Shown here in pieces: positions 13,401-26,153 of a DNA stretch of 64,000 nt. Both the position numbers and the translations under genes were made by a program. Origin of the DNA: Macrostomum hystrix (taxonomy: Eukaryota > Animalia > Platyhelminthes). Position 1 is the first letter of the stretch, and the number at the start of each line of letters is the position of its first letter. The notes under the pieces were generated by a model. It saw only the letters and a program-made list of their open reading frames with translations. It had not been told where the DNA came from and ran no database searches. The stretch lies in assembly GCA_950097015.1 (NCBI GenBank), contig CATNEN010000025.1:5828001-5892000 (forward strand), in the 5' to 3' direction.

Positions 13401-16400
13401 TTAATTCTACCCTTGCAGGCGTCTCGGTAGTCAATTTGGGCTTTGTTATAGTCACTCATGACCTCTATGAACTTGCGCGATATTGTGGAGTACTGCAAAA
13501 TTGTTCCCGAGCGAGGCCAGTGATTAGAGATTTGATGGCACAGCTAACTCGACCTTACTAATCAATTAGCACAACGGCTCTGAATTACAGCTATTACTTG
13601 TTCCTTCAGGCCATCGACTGTCTCTACCCCTGTTCCTTCAGGCCATAGATAGTCTGTACCCCTGTTCCTTCAGGCCATAGATAGTCGCTACCCCTGTTCC
13701 TTCAGGCCATAGATAGTCTCTACCCCTGTTCCTTCAGGCCATAGATAGTCCCTACCCCTGTTCCTTCAGGCCATAGATAGTCTCTACCCCTGTTCCTTCA
13801 GGCCATAGATAGTCGCTAACCCTGTTCCTTCAGGCCATAGATAGTCTCTACCCCTGTTCCTTCAGGCCATAGATAGTCTCTACCCCTGTTCCTTCAAGCC
13901 ATAGACAGTCTCTACCCCTGTTTCATGACGCCATAGACAGTCTCTAACCCTGTTTCATGACGCCATAGACAGTCTCTAACCCTGTTTCATGACGCCATAG
14001 ACTGTCTCAAAACATTTTCTTCAAGCCAATTGACTGTCTCTACACTTTTTTCTTTAAATACAACCCGCACTCTAATATTATAGCCATTTGTGAAATACTT
14101 TTGTAGACTTATCTTCCACTTCAATTAAGCTGCTACATAAGCCAGGGACTACTAAATACTAAATAAAGGAGTATTTAGTTGTTCCTGACAAAAGCAAGAG
14201 TTTAGACTTTTGAATAATATTTAACTGGCTTCCTTCCTCAAGAACCTGAAGTAAAAAGCCACAAAAAGACAGCTTTTGCGCCACGTTCCTGTTAACTTTT
14301 TTAAAAGCCAGTTCAAACGAACCCGAAGCCGCTAGAATTAAATGCATCTTCTAACCCAGCAAGTTTTAAACTGCCCTCAATTATTTTTCTGACGGAAAAA
14401 CTACCGATGCATAGACCACATTAACAAATGAGCAAGTAATGCAATACACTGTACGGTTAGTATAGCTGAGAATTATTATAACAATTTTCAAATAAGTTCA
14501 ATAAAAATCTGTCTGTGCCAATCCGAGACTTGTAAAAAAACATTATGAAACTTGAAGACACAGACAGGGCGTGAAATTCAAATACTGAAACATTCATGAA
14601 AATAGATAGAACAATATAGAAAATGACCGTTTATTTAAACCAAAACAAACAACCTCTGCCATTGAGATAAACACCCTGTGTCGTTTTTATAAATACTCTC
14701 TGCCTTTGAGGTAGACACCTCTGCCTCTGAAGTAAACACCTCTGCCTTTGAGGTAGACACCTCTGCCTTTGAGGTAGACACCCTCTGCCTTTGAGTAAGA
14801 CACCCTCTGAATATGAGGTAGGCACCCTCTGCCTTTGAGTAAGACACCCTCTGAATTTGAGGTAGGCACTCTCTGAATTTGAGGTAGACACCCTCTGAAT
14901 TTGAGGTAGACACCCTCTGAATTTGAGGTAGACACCCTCTGCCTTTGAGGTAGACACCTCTGCATTTGAGGTAGACACCCTCTGCCTTTGAGTAAGACAC
15001 CCTCTGAATTTGAGGTAGACACCCTCTGAATTTGAGGTAGACACCCTCTGCCTTTGAGTAAGACACCCTCTGAATTTGAGGTAGACACCCTCTGAATTTG
15101 AGGTAGACACCCTCTGAATTTGAGGTAGACACCCTCTGAATTTGAGGTAGACACCCTCTGAATTTGAGGTAGACACCCTCTGCCTTTGAGGTAGACACCC
15201 TCTGAATTTGTGGTAGACACCCTCTGAATTTGTGGTAGACACCCTCTGAATTTGAGGTAGACACCCTCTGAATTTGTGGTAGACACCCTCTGAATTTGAG
15301 GTAGACACCCTCTGAATTTGTGGTAGACAACCTCTGAATTTGAGGTACTCGTAGATACCCTCTACCATTGAGGTCCGATGGTGAAGGCGGGCATCACAGT
15401 TTTCTATAGTCTATTCAGGGGCATACAATGACAGCGTTTCAGCGTCAATTTAGAAATTTTCAGAAATGGTTTAAAAAATAGATGAAGCATCTGGGCAGCT
15501 GTTTTGTAGAAGACAGCCAGTTTTTTAAAGTAGTAGATAAAAAATGTTGACTAGTACAAAGATCAGATGCGCTTACTGTCCCTAGAATTTTATTAGAAAT
15601 GCAGACAGCCCCGAGTAGTCAATAACTAAACAGTGCGTCAGCTGTGCGCTAAATAAATCAACAGATTTTCACAGTGAGTGAGCCTTGCTCAGCAGTTGAG
15701 GGGGTTAGGGTTGAGAGGCAACACCATCGACTCTAGCTTCGAAATCGCCTAGATCGAATCAGCGGCGAGGCCACATCTGTTTTGCTTGTCGAGAAATGAT
15801 GGCACAAACGCTTCTCTAGCGACCCAAGCGCTTCTTTAAAGGCTTCTCGAACGACTCAAAACACCTCTAACGACTCAAAACGCTTCTTAAATGACTCAAA
15901 ACGCTTCTTTAACGACTGAGAACGCTTCTCTAACGACTCAAAACACCTCTAACGACTCAAAACCCCTCTAACGACTCAAAACTCTTCTTAAGAGACTCAA
16001 AGCGCTTCCTAAATGACTCAAAACGCTTCTTAAATGACTCAAAACGCTTCTTTAACGACTCAAAACGCTTCTTAAATGACTCAAAACGCTTCTTAAAAGA
16101 CTCAAAACGCTTCTCTAACGACTCAAAACCCCTCTAACGACTCAAAACTCTTCTTAAGAGACTCAAAACGCTTCTTAAATGACTCAAAGCGCTTCTTAAA
16201 TGACTCAGCGCTTCTTAAATGACTCAAAGCGCTTCTTAAATGACTCAAAGCGCTTCTTAAATGACTCAAAGCGCTTCCTAAATGACTCAAAACGCTTCTT
16301 AAATGACTCAAAACGCTTCTTTAACGACTGAGAACGCTTTTCTAACGACTGAGAACGCTTCTCTAACGACTCAAAACGCTTCTCTAACGACTCAAAACGC

Positions 16401-19400
16401 TTCTCTAACGACTCAAAACGCTTCTCTAACGACTCAAAACGCTTTTCTAACGAGTCAAAACACTTCTCTAACGACTCAAAACCCCTCTAACGACTCAAAA
16501 CTCTTCTTAAGAGACTCAAAACGCTTCTTAAATGACTCAAAGCGCTTCTTAAATGACTCAAAGCGCTTCTTAAATGACTCAAAGCGCTTCTTAAATGACT
16601 CAAAGCGCTTCCTAAATGACTCAAAACGCTTCTTAAATGACTCAAAACGCTTCTTATATGACTCAAAACGCTTCTTTAACGACTGAGAACGCTTCTCTAA
16701 CGACTCAAAACGCTTCTCTAACGACTCAAAACACTTCTCTAACGAGTCAAAACGCTTTTCTAACGACTCAAAACGCTTCTCTAACGACTCAAAACGCTTC
16801 TCTAACGACTCAAAACGCTTTTCTAACGACTCAAAACGCTTCTCTAACGACTCAAAACGCTTTTCTAACGAGTCAAAACGTTTCTCTAACGACTCAAAAC
16901 GCTTTTCTAACGACTCAAAACGCTTCTCTAACGACTCAAAACGCTTTTCTAACGAGTCAAAACACTTCTCTAACGACTCAAAACGCTTCTCTAACGACTC
17001 AAAACGCTTTTCTAACGACTCAAAACGCTTCTCTAACGACTCAAAACGCTTCTCTAACGACTCAAAACGCTTTTCTAACGACTCAAAACACTTCTCTAAC
17101 GACTCAAAACCCCTCTAACGACTCAAAACTCTTCTTAAGAGACTCAAAACGCTTCTTAAATGACTCAAACGCTTCTTAAATGACTCAAAGCGCTTCTTAA
17201 ATGACTCAAAGCACTTCTTAAATAACTCAAACGCTTCTTAAATGACTCAAAGCACTTCTTAAATGACTCAAACGCTTCTTAAATGACTCAAAGCGCTTCT
17301 TAAATGACTCAAAGCGCTTCTTAAATGACTCAAAGCGCTTCTTAAATGACTCAAAACGCTTCTTAAATAACTCAAACGCTTCTTTAACGACTCAAACGCT
17401 TCTCTAACGATTGAAAAGCTTATGTAAAGCTTCTCTTTAACTATTCGGAGTAGCGTCGTTCAAAACGATACAGAACAACTGAACAACACTGACTGTTACG
17501 CATATATAGCGCAATTATCTTTGTAATATCGTTCATTAAAGTGAATTGAACGCTATTAAAACTACATCTGACGCCAGTATCATACTTATCCAGACGAGAA
17601 ACAGAGTCAGACACAGACAAAAATAAAGAAAAGCTTGTTATCAAAGTCCATTTTTAGCCAGAAGCCAAAACCTAAATTTGGGCACGACTTTGGTTGTCGC
17701 ATTTCACCGGCTTAAAGAAGCTTTCTCGCTAGCAATGCACTTTCCTCCGCTCTGTCATTATCATCATCCTCGTCTTATCTTTAGGATAATTCCGGCATTG
17801 AGTGGACACGAAATAACAGTCCTAAATCGTACGAAGCGTGGGCGTAGCAAGAGGACTGCAAAGCGACTCATATTAGTCAGCCTCGGGTGCAGTGTACAAT
17901 TTAGTTACAAATTGCTGCATAACTGTCGACTCGTAAAGACAGCAGGAGGGGCGAATTTCACTCGATCCTAATGTACTTTCTTGAAGCCATATTTAACCTA
18001 AATCCTGTATCTACGAAACCTTGTGTTTTCTCTAATTCGTGTCACAAATTACATTCATTTTTTTCGTATTCTACCAGCAAATGAGTATTATCAAAAAATG
18101 TGTCTCGTTTGAATCTACGTTTATTTACTTTTTTTATATTTTCCTTTAATCTTTCCTACGAATTTTGTATTTTTAAAACAATTTTTACTCGTCGATTTCC
18201 CAGAATCTCATGCATTATAATCCCAATAACTCTGATTCGATATTCCTCAAACGTAAAACTTCCCTAATCTGACAATCAAATAATTTCGCTTGCTTCCAAC
18301 TGTTCTCAAACAGAGTAGGGAGGGTGGGAAATTGCAATAAGGCCCATATGAAAATAGGTATTCATTAAGTTTTAGTTGATCCGGGGGTTGTGAAAGCACC
18401 TCTACGTCAAATATGTGGCTTATATTGTGTGTGTGTGCTTCTAGTAAATAAATCGGTGAAAAAAATTAGGAAGGAAGCGTAGCAGCAATTCTTCTAGTTG
18501 AAGCGGCTTATCCGCCTGGTGCGGAGTACAATGGTAGGACGGTAGGGGAGCGAGAAAGAGGGAGAGAGGAATGAGAAGAGGAAAGGAAGAAAGAGGAAAT
18601 AAAGTGAGACGAATAAGAATAAGGCATCTAGCTTCTATAGGGCTGAAGGCAGTCTACACAAAAGTGAGCATTGTAAGCACTGGACGAATATAGGCCTTTA
18701 TATAGAAACTATACATAGGAACTATCTTAGAAACTGTGGTCATTTTCTGTACATTACTATGTTTCGTGTTGAATGATTAGGCATAGTTGAGACAGGCAGA
18801 TAAACTATTTTTGCAATGCGAAGAAATGCAACAATTTAATTTAATTGGCATCAAATACGAGACAGGAAATTTGTTAACTTACTCAAGTCGCACCCATTTT
18901 GACAGGTTGAAGGTTGACGGGGACAGGAAAATGAGAGACTGGAATGCAATACTAAATAAAAGTTTCATCCATAATTTTAACGCAAAGTTCAGTATTCAAG
19001 AATGCCATGCATGTCCTAAATTCGATAAAAAGGGGGAGGAAATCATAAGAATGATAAGATAAATAAAAAAGCGAGACGGGTCGACAGGAGAGAGATGAGA
19101 CACAGGAGAGATGAGACACAGGAGAGATGAGACACAGGAGAGATGAGACACAGGAGAGATTAGACACAGGAGAGATGAGACACAGGAGAGATGAGACACA
19201 GGAGAGATGAGACACGGGAGAGATGAGACACAGGAGAGATGAGACACGGGAGAGATGAGACACAGGAGAGATGAGACACAGGAGAGATGAGACACAGGAG
19301 AGATGAGACACAGGAGAGATGAGACACGGGAGAGATGAGACACAGGAGAGATGAGACACGGGAGAGATGAGACACAGGAGAGATGAGACACAGGAGAGAT

Positions 19401-22400
19401 GAGACACAGGAGACATGAGACACAGGAGAGATGAGACACAGGAGAGATGAGACACGGGAGAGATGAGACACAGGAGAGATGAGACACAGGAGACATGAGA
19501 CACAGGAGAGATGAGACACAGGAGAGATGAGACACAGGAGAGATGAGACACGGGAGAGATGAGACACAGGAGAGATGAGACACGGGAGAGATGAGACACA
19601 GGAGAGATGAGACACAGGAGAGATGAGACACAGGAGAGATGAGACACAGGAGAGATGAGACACGGGAGAGATGAGACACAGGAGAGATGAGACACGGGAG
19701 AGATGAGACACAGGAGAGATGAGACACAGGAGAGATGAGACACAGGAGACATGAGACACAGGAGAGATGAGACACAGGAGAGATGAGACACGGGAGAGAT
19801 GAGACACAGGAGAGATGAGACACAGGAGACATGAGACACAGGAGAGATTAGACACAGGAGACATGAGACACAGGAGAGATGAGACACAGGAGAGATGAGA
19901 CACAGGAGAGATGAGACACAGGAGAGATGAGACAGGGGAGAGATGAGACACGGGAGAGATGAGACACGGGAGAGATGAGACACAGGAGGGATGAGACACA
20001 AGAGAGATGAGACAGGGGAGAGATGAGACACAGGAGAGATGAGACACGGGAGAGATGAGACACAGGAGAGATGAGACACAGGAGACATGAGACACAGGAG
20101 AGATGAGACACAGGAGAGATGAGACACAGGAGAGATGAGACACGGGAGGGATGAGACAGGGGAGAGATGAGACACGGGAGAGATGAGACACAGGAGAGAT
20201 GAGACACGGGAGAGATGAGACAGGGGAGAGATGAGACATGGGAGAGATGAGACACGGGAGAGATGAGACACAGGAGAGATGAGACACGGGAGAGATGAGA
20301 CATGGGAGAGATGAGACACGGGAGAGATGAGACAGGGGAGAGATGAGACATGGGAGAGGTGAATGTGCCAGATTTGGGCTGGTGTAAATTATCGTGTCGC
20401 CAGACTAGTGTATACAGTAAAGCTGGCCTAGATACAAGATGAAACAGGTCGATGAAAAAATGATGATGACTGCCGAGGAAATGGCTAGAAAACTGGGACT
20501 GCTCTGCACGCATCTCTTCGACTTGGACATCCGATTAATCCTACCCTAATCTTAACATAGCTATATTACGACCACAGTTTAATTTCAGCCGCTATTCTTA
20601 CGCATCAATCGATATTCGATTTCATAGAAGCTTTCGATTTCAGATTCGATTTTGTAAGCGGGATAGGAGTAATTTTTGAATCGATTTTACAAACCCTGCC
20701 TGAGCATCATTGAATTACTAAAAAAATTGAATACCGAAATAGATAGATATTATTATATATTTCACTGTCAGTGAGAGCAGAACCGTGACACTAAAAAAGT
20801 ACTTTTTTCATCTTCTTTAGCCGAAGTGCGTGGAGAAAGCAAAGAGAGTCTTTCCCAGTTTGCTGCTGCATCGCCAGCTACTATCAGGCCGGCCTCTTTA
20901 AACGACCGGCCTTAAAGCTCTTGGACGAATAGAAGAAAGAGCACTTGAGTTGTAGAAGAATGAGAGAGAGGGAGAGAGGAAGAGAGGGAGAAAGATGGAG
21001 GAGGAAGACAGGGAGGCAGAGAAAAAGTGTTTGAATGCCATAAGGATGGCCTATGCCATACCTCAATGCTTTAGATTGGTAGAATATTGCACAGCCTTAG
21101 CTATAAGTCAATGGTGAAGCAGTGAAATGTGACCAGTTTGAGTTGGGCCAGTCAATCCACCAAACCAGCGAGACAAATTGTGGATGCCGGAATAGGAAAC
21201 TGTTGCGATCTGGAGGCCCAGTGTCACTCATTCCATACCTGATTGCCTTCCCAAACTGTCTCCCTACCTCACCAGCTCGCTCAACCACTGAGTGTGTGTG
21301 TGTGTCTGTGCGGACGCTCGCAAGCTTCAATTACTGATCATTTTACGGGAGGGAATTAATACTTTGGGAAATGAAAATGCTAAATTGGGAATAGCAATCT
21401 GTCGCGGGTAAATAAAAGTGCAAGACTGTGTGGGGGCAGAGACAGGTGGGAGATGGGATGGGAGGAAAAGTATAGAGAGACAGGAGACAGGAAAGGCTTA
21501 CTGCATGCACGAATAGTTATTGGGGCCAAGACTGGGAATCCAACAGAATGTGATTCAAGTTTAGTAAAATATCGCCTATTTCGATGTATCATTTTCGTTC
21601 TGGTAACTTTTTAGAATGGTGACGATTTAACTCGTCATTGGAATTGCGAAACTCCAAATTCCAAATAATTTGAACTTGTAATTCCGAAACTCTGTAGTTC
21701 CGAAACTCTGTAATTCCGAAACTCTGTAATTCCGAAACTCTGTAATTCCGAAACTCTATAATTCCGAAACTCTGTAATTCCGAAACTCTGTAGTTCCGAA
21801 ACTCTGTAATTCCGAAACTCTGTAATTCCGAAACTCTGTAGTTCCGAAACTCTGTAATTCCGAAACTCTGTAATTTCGAAAGTCTGTAATTCCGAAACTC
21901 TTTAATTCCGAAACTCTATAATTCCGAAACTCTGTAATTCCGAAACTCTGTAATTCCGAAACTCTGTAGTTCCGAAGCTCTGTAATTCCGAAACTCTATA
22001 ATTCCGAAACTCTGTAATTCCGAAAGTCTATAATTCCGAAACTCTATAATTCCGAAACTCTGTAATTCCGAAAGTCGGTAATTCCGAAAGTCAACAATGC
22101 CGAAACTCTGTAATTCCGAAACTCTGTAATTCCGAAAGTCTGTAATTCCGAAACTCTTTAATTCCGAAACTCTTTAATTCCGAAAGTCTGTAATTCCGAA
22201 AGTCTGTAAATCCAAAATTCCGAAACTCAGTAATTCCGAAATTCCGAAACTCTGTAATTCCGAAACTCTGTAATTCCGAAAGTCTGTAATTCCGAAACTC
22301 TTTAATTCCGAAAGTCTGTAATTCCGAAAGTCTGTAAATCCAAAATTCCGAAACTCAGTAATTCCGAAATTCCGAAAATCTGTAATTCCGAAAGTCTGTA

Positions 22401-25400
22401 ATTCCGAAACTCTGTAATTCTGAAATTCCGAAACTCAGTAATTCCGAAATTCCGAAAATCTGTAATTCCGAAAGTCTGTAAATCCGAAATTCCAAAACTC
22501 TGTAATTCCGAAACTTTATGATTTTGAAATTCTACAAACTGTTAAACTCTTTAAATTTCGAATACCAATACCGAATCTAGTGAATTCCACTTCCCGTTCT
22601 GAAGGAAAGATGTTCAAAGCACGAAAATATTTAGTTTTTCTCGGTTTATTTAGTTAAAAACAACCGCTGAGGAGGATGCATACAAGTGTGAGTGCTAAAC
22701 TGCAAAATCCCCCGGAACTATTAGTTAAAAAGTCTAGAACACTGAGTCGTCTCATTAACCAAAACAGAAAAAAATTGACGAGTCAGAATTGAGAAGGCGC
22801 TCAGTGAAGCAAAAGTAGAACTCATTTCTCTAAATAATTAATCAATACACACACAAGGCGAGCAAAGCCGCGGGGGTGTCTTGGGTCCTTTCTGCCCAAC
22901 GATGCGAACGAGAAGCTAAAGAGGGCGAGGGGCGACAGGCGAGGGCGAGACTACTGCATAGTCCATGTGGGAGATGAAAACTGCCGGTAGAAAATTATTC
23001 TAGCTGGCCTGTATTGGCAATTATAGCGTGAAAATTCACTGACTATCTCTGCTACTGCTAGGGTGAATATAGACCCAGTACTAATATAACCAAAAACTAA
23101 CATTATTACTAGTGCTATTGCATGTGTTTAATAACTAGCTAGCAGGACTCAATCAAAAACTCTATCTAGCAACTCTATCTAGAAGTTCCCATCACACTTT
23201 CAGCCTACAAACTTTGCATGCGTTTGAGCGGATTATTGGGGAGAACTTAAAAATCTGCATGGCTGTCAAAACCCGAAACTTTAAAATCTGCATGGTTGTC
23301 AAAACCCGAAACTTTAAAATCTGCATTGGCTGTCAAAACCCGAAACTTTAAAATCTGCATGGCTGTCAAAACCCGAAACTTTAAAATCTGCATGGCTGTC
23401 AAAACCCGAAACTTTAAAATCTGCATTGGCTGTCAAAACCCGAAACTTTAAAATCTGCATGGCTCAAAACCCGAAACCGTATGCAAATTAAAAAAAACAA
23501 ATAAAAAACATTTATAAGCCAAAGAGTTTTTTTATTCCGAATTGAAAGTATAAAACTTGACTAGTTTCGACAAAAAATTAGCATCAGGAGTTAAAGCAAA
23601 GATTGAAGCAGCACTTTTTGCCATGTCATTAGAATCAGAATTTTTTCGTCAACCAATTTTTTTTCAGTGTAGCAATGAGAATCTAAATCGAAAATCGAAA
23701 CCATCAGATTTGGCATCGACTCAATGGAAAAAATGATCAGGGGGGTTTCGGGATGCCGCTAACAGGGCTGCATGTCATTTGTGACACACCTTGGGCATAA
23801 ATTCGCAATTTCAATAGCAGAAGGTTGTCAAGTTTGATTTTAACAAAGAAATCAATTGTCTCAAGGACACGTCAGTTGATGTTAAATGAGTGAGGATAGG
23901 GGGAGGGGGGAATTAAAGATGTCGGGAAAGAATGAAACAGATTCTCATGTTCCCTATCCAGTGTTTTTTGTGAGGAGCAATAGGCAGAGAAGAATGAGAA
24001 TGAACACTAGACCTCGCTTGATTAATTAGTTGAGAGATGGAGAGAATGAGAGAGGAAGAGAGGGCCGCACCAGAGACGTCCATGGCCGCACTTTGCAATT
24101 GGATATGACGGATGCTCCGGGTGAGAGCTGTGTGTGTGCTCAGGGGGGGGCGGTGCGGCCTAGGTAGAGAGGCTGCGGCAGGGGGGGCAAAGCTCGCGGA
24201 AGAAGAAGGCGGATAGAAGAGCACAAGACAGAGAACGGCGGGTGGCCAGGCCGAGAGGAAGTTTTAGCATGGGGGGAGGCGGATTAGCGGAGGCTTAAAA
24301 CTCTGCAACTATGCAACGGGGCCGCATAGGTTAGCATTGGGATCCTGTCTGGGGGGATCAAGGACACGCGGCTCTAGCACAACACTGGATAAAAGCGTGG
24401 AGAACAGGATGATGAAGGGGAAGATGGGGGGCAGAGGGGAAACTGGATCACCTCTGGGAGATGCTAATTACGGCCAGACCGTGTTGCTGGGCTTGGAGAA
24501 GAAAGTTTTTTAGACGACGCAGAGGAATTTGGAATGAGGAGAGAGAGAGACAGGGAATGGAAGAAAAAAGTGATTAAATGCGGATTAAAAAGCACTTATT
24601 TGCATGTCATAATATGAGCATTGATAGAGTAATATAATTGTATGACTATTTTGTTTAGCCTTAGGATTGGCACAACTTTTCTGGCATTTCATTTCTATTT
24701 GATTAAATAAAAGTACATTAAAGCATTAATTTTTCCGTCATCAGTACTAATTTAGACAATCAGTTAGACTTACCTGAGTCTTGCGAATACGCAGATCAGC
24801 TGACGACTTATTGCTGGTCTCTTCTTGTTCAATGTTCTGCTCGATTACTGCAAATAATTTGGCGACAGACATGCACGATTGATATTATCATGCTTTCATA
24901 TCAATTTAAATGGCATGGCCTAACTTCTAGGTATCCTAGGACGTCAGTGATTCCCAGACATATCCACTATGTGAACGATGTGTACATTACTTAAAGCAGT
25001 ACCAGATAAAAGTATATTCCGGTGTCTAAAGTCGCTTTCCAAATGTTTTTAGTTTACATTTGAAATTGCTTTACAGGATTGTCAAGAAGGGACAGAAATG
25101 ACAATAAAACGTTTGGACACGAGAGACGTTTGAGTCGTTCAAGAAGATTTTGAGTCGTTACTCGTGAAGATTCGCTTTGAGTCGGTAGAGATTCACTTTG
25201 AGTCGTTAGAGATTCGCTTTGAGTCGTTAGAGATTCGCTTTGAGTCGTTAGAGATTCGCTTTGAGTCGTTAGAGATTCGCTTTGAGTCGTTAGAGATTCG
25301 CTTTGAGTCGTTAAAGATTCGCTTTGAGTCGTTAGAGATTCGCTTTGAGTCGTTAGAGATTCGCTTTGAGTCGTTAGAGATTCGCTTTGAGTCGTTAAAG

Positions 25401-26106
25401 ATTCGCTTTGAATCGTTAGAGATTCGCTTTAAGTCGTTAGAGATTCGCTTTGAGTCGTTAGAGATTCGCTTTGAGTCGTTAGAGATTCGCTTTAAGTCGT
25501 TAGAGATTCGCTTTGAATCATTAGAGATTCGCTTTGAGTCGTTAGAGATTCGCTTTGAGTCGTTAGAGATTCGCTTTAAGTCGTTAGAGATTCGCTTTGA
25601 GTCGTTAGAGATTCGCTTTGAGTCGTTAGAGATTCGCTTAAAGTCGTTAGAGATTCGCTTTGAATCGTTAGAGATTCGCTTTGAGTCGTTAGAGATTCGC
25701 TTTGAGTCGTTAGAGATTCGCTTTAAGTCGTTAGAGATTCGCTTTGAATCATTAGAGATTCGCTTTGAGTCGTTAGAGATTCGCTTTGAGTCGTTAGAGA
25801 TTCGCTTTAAGTCGTTAGAGATTCGCTTTGAGTCGTTAGAGATTCGCTTAAAGTCGTTAGAGATTCGCTTTGAGTCGTTAGAGATTCGCTTTGAGTCGTT
25901 AGAGATTCGCTTTGAGTGGTTAGAGAAACAAGAAAAAGTACTATTCATAAATAAAAATACTTTTTAAAAGGATAACAGAAAAAGTCTGTCTGTCTTGTCT
26001 GATTTATTTTTCTCTCTCGCCCTCTATCGCAAGCCAACTAAAAAATGATTGATCTGCTTCGGTAGCTGGCTGTGTGAGCTTTAAACACGGTTTAAAGTGC
26101 GACTCA

Positions 26107-26153
<47 letters not shown>

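Noticed and set aside
23900-24560. GC/purine-rich intronic block and ORF 23913-24224 as a nested gene
   Set aside because: Low-complexity translation with no recognisable domain or consistent splice structure.
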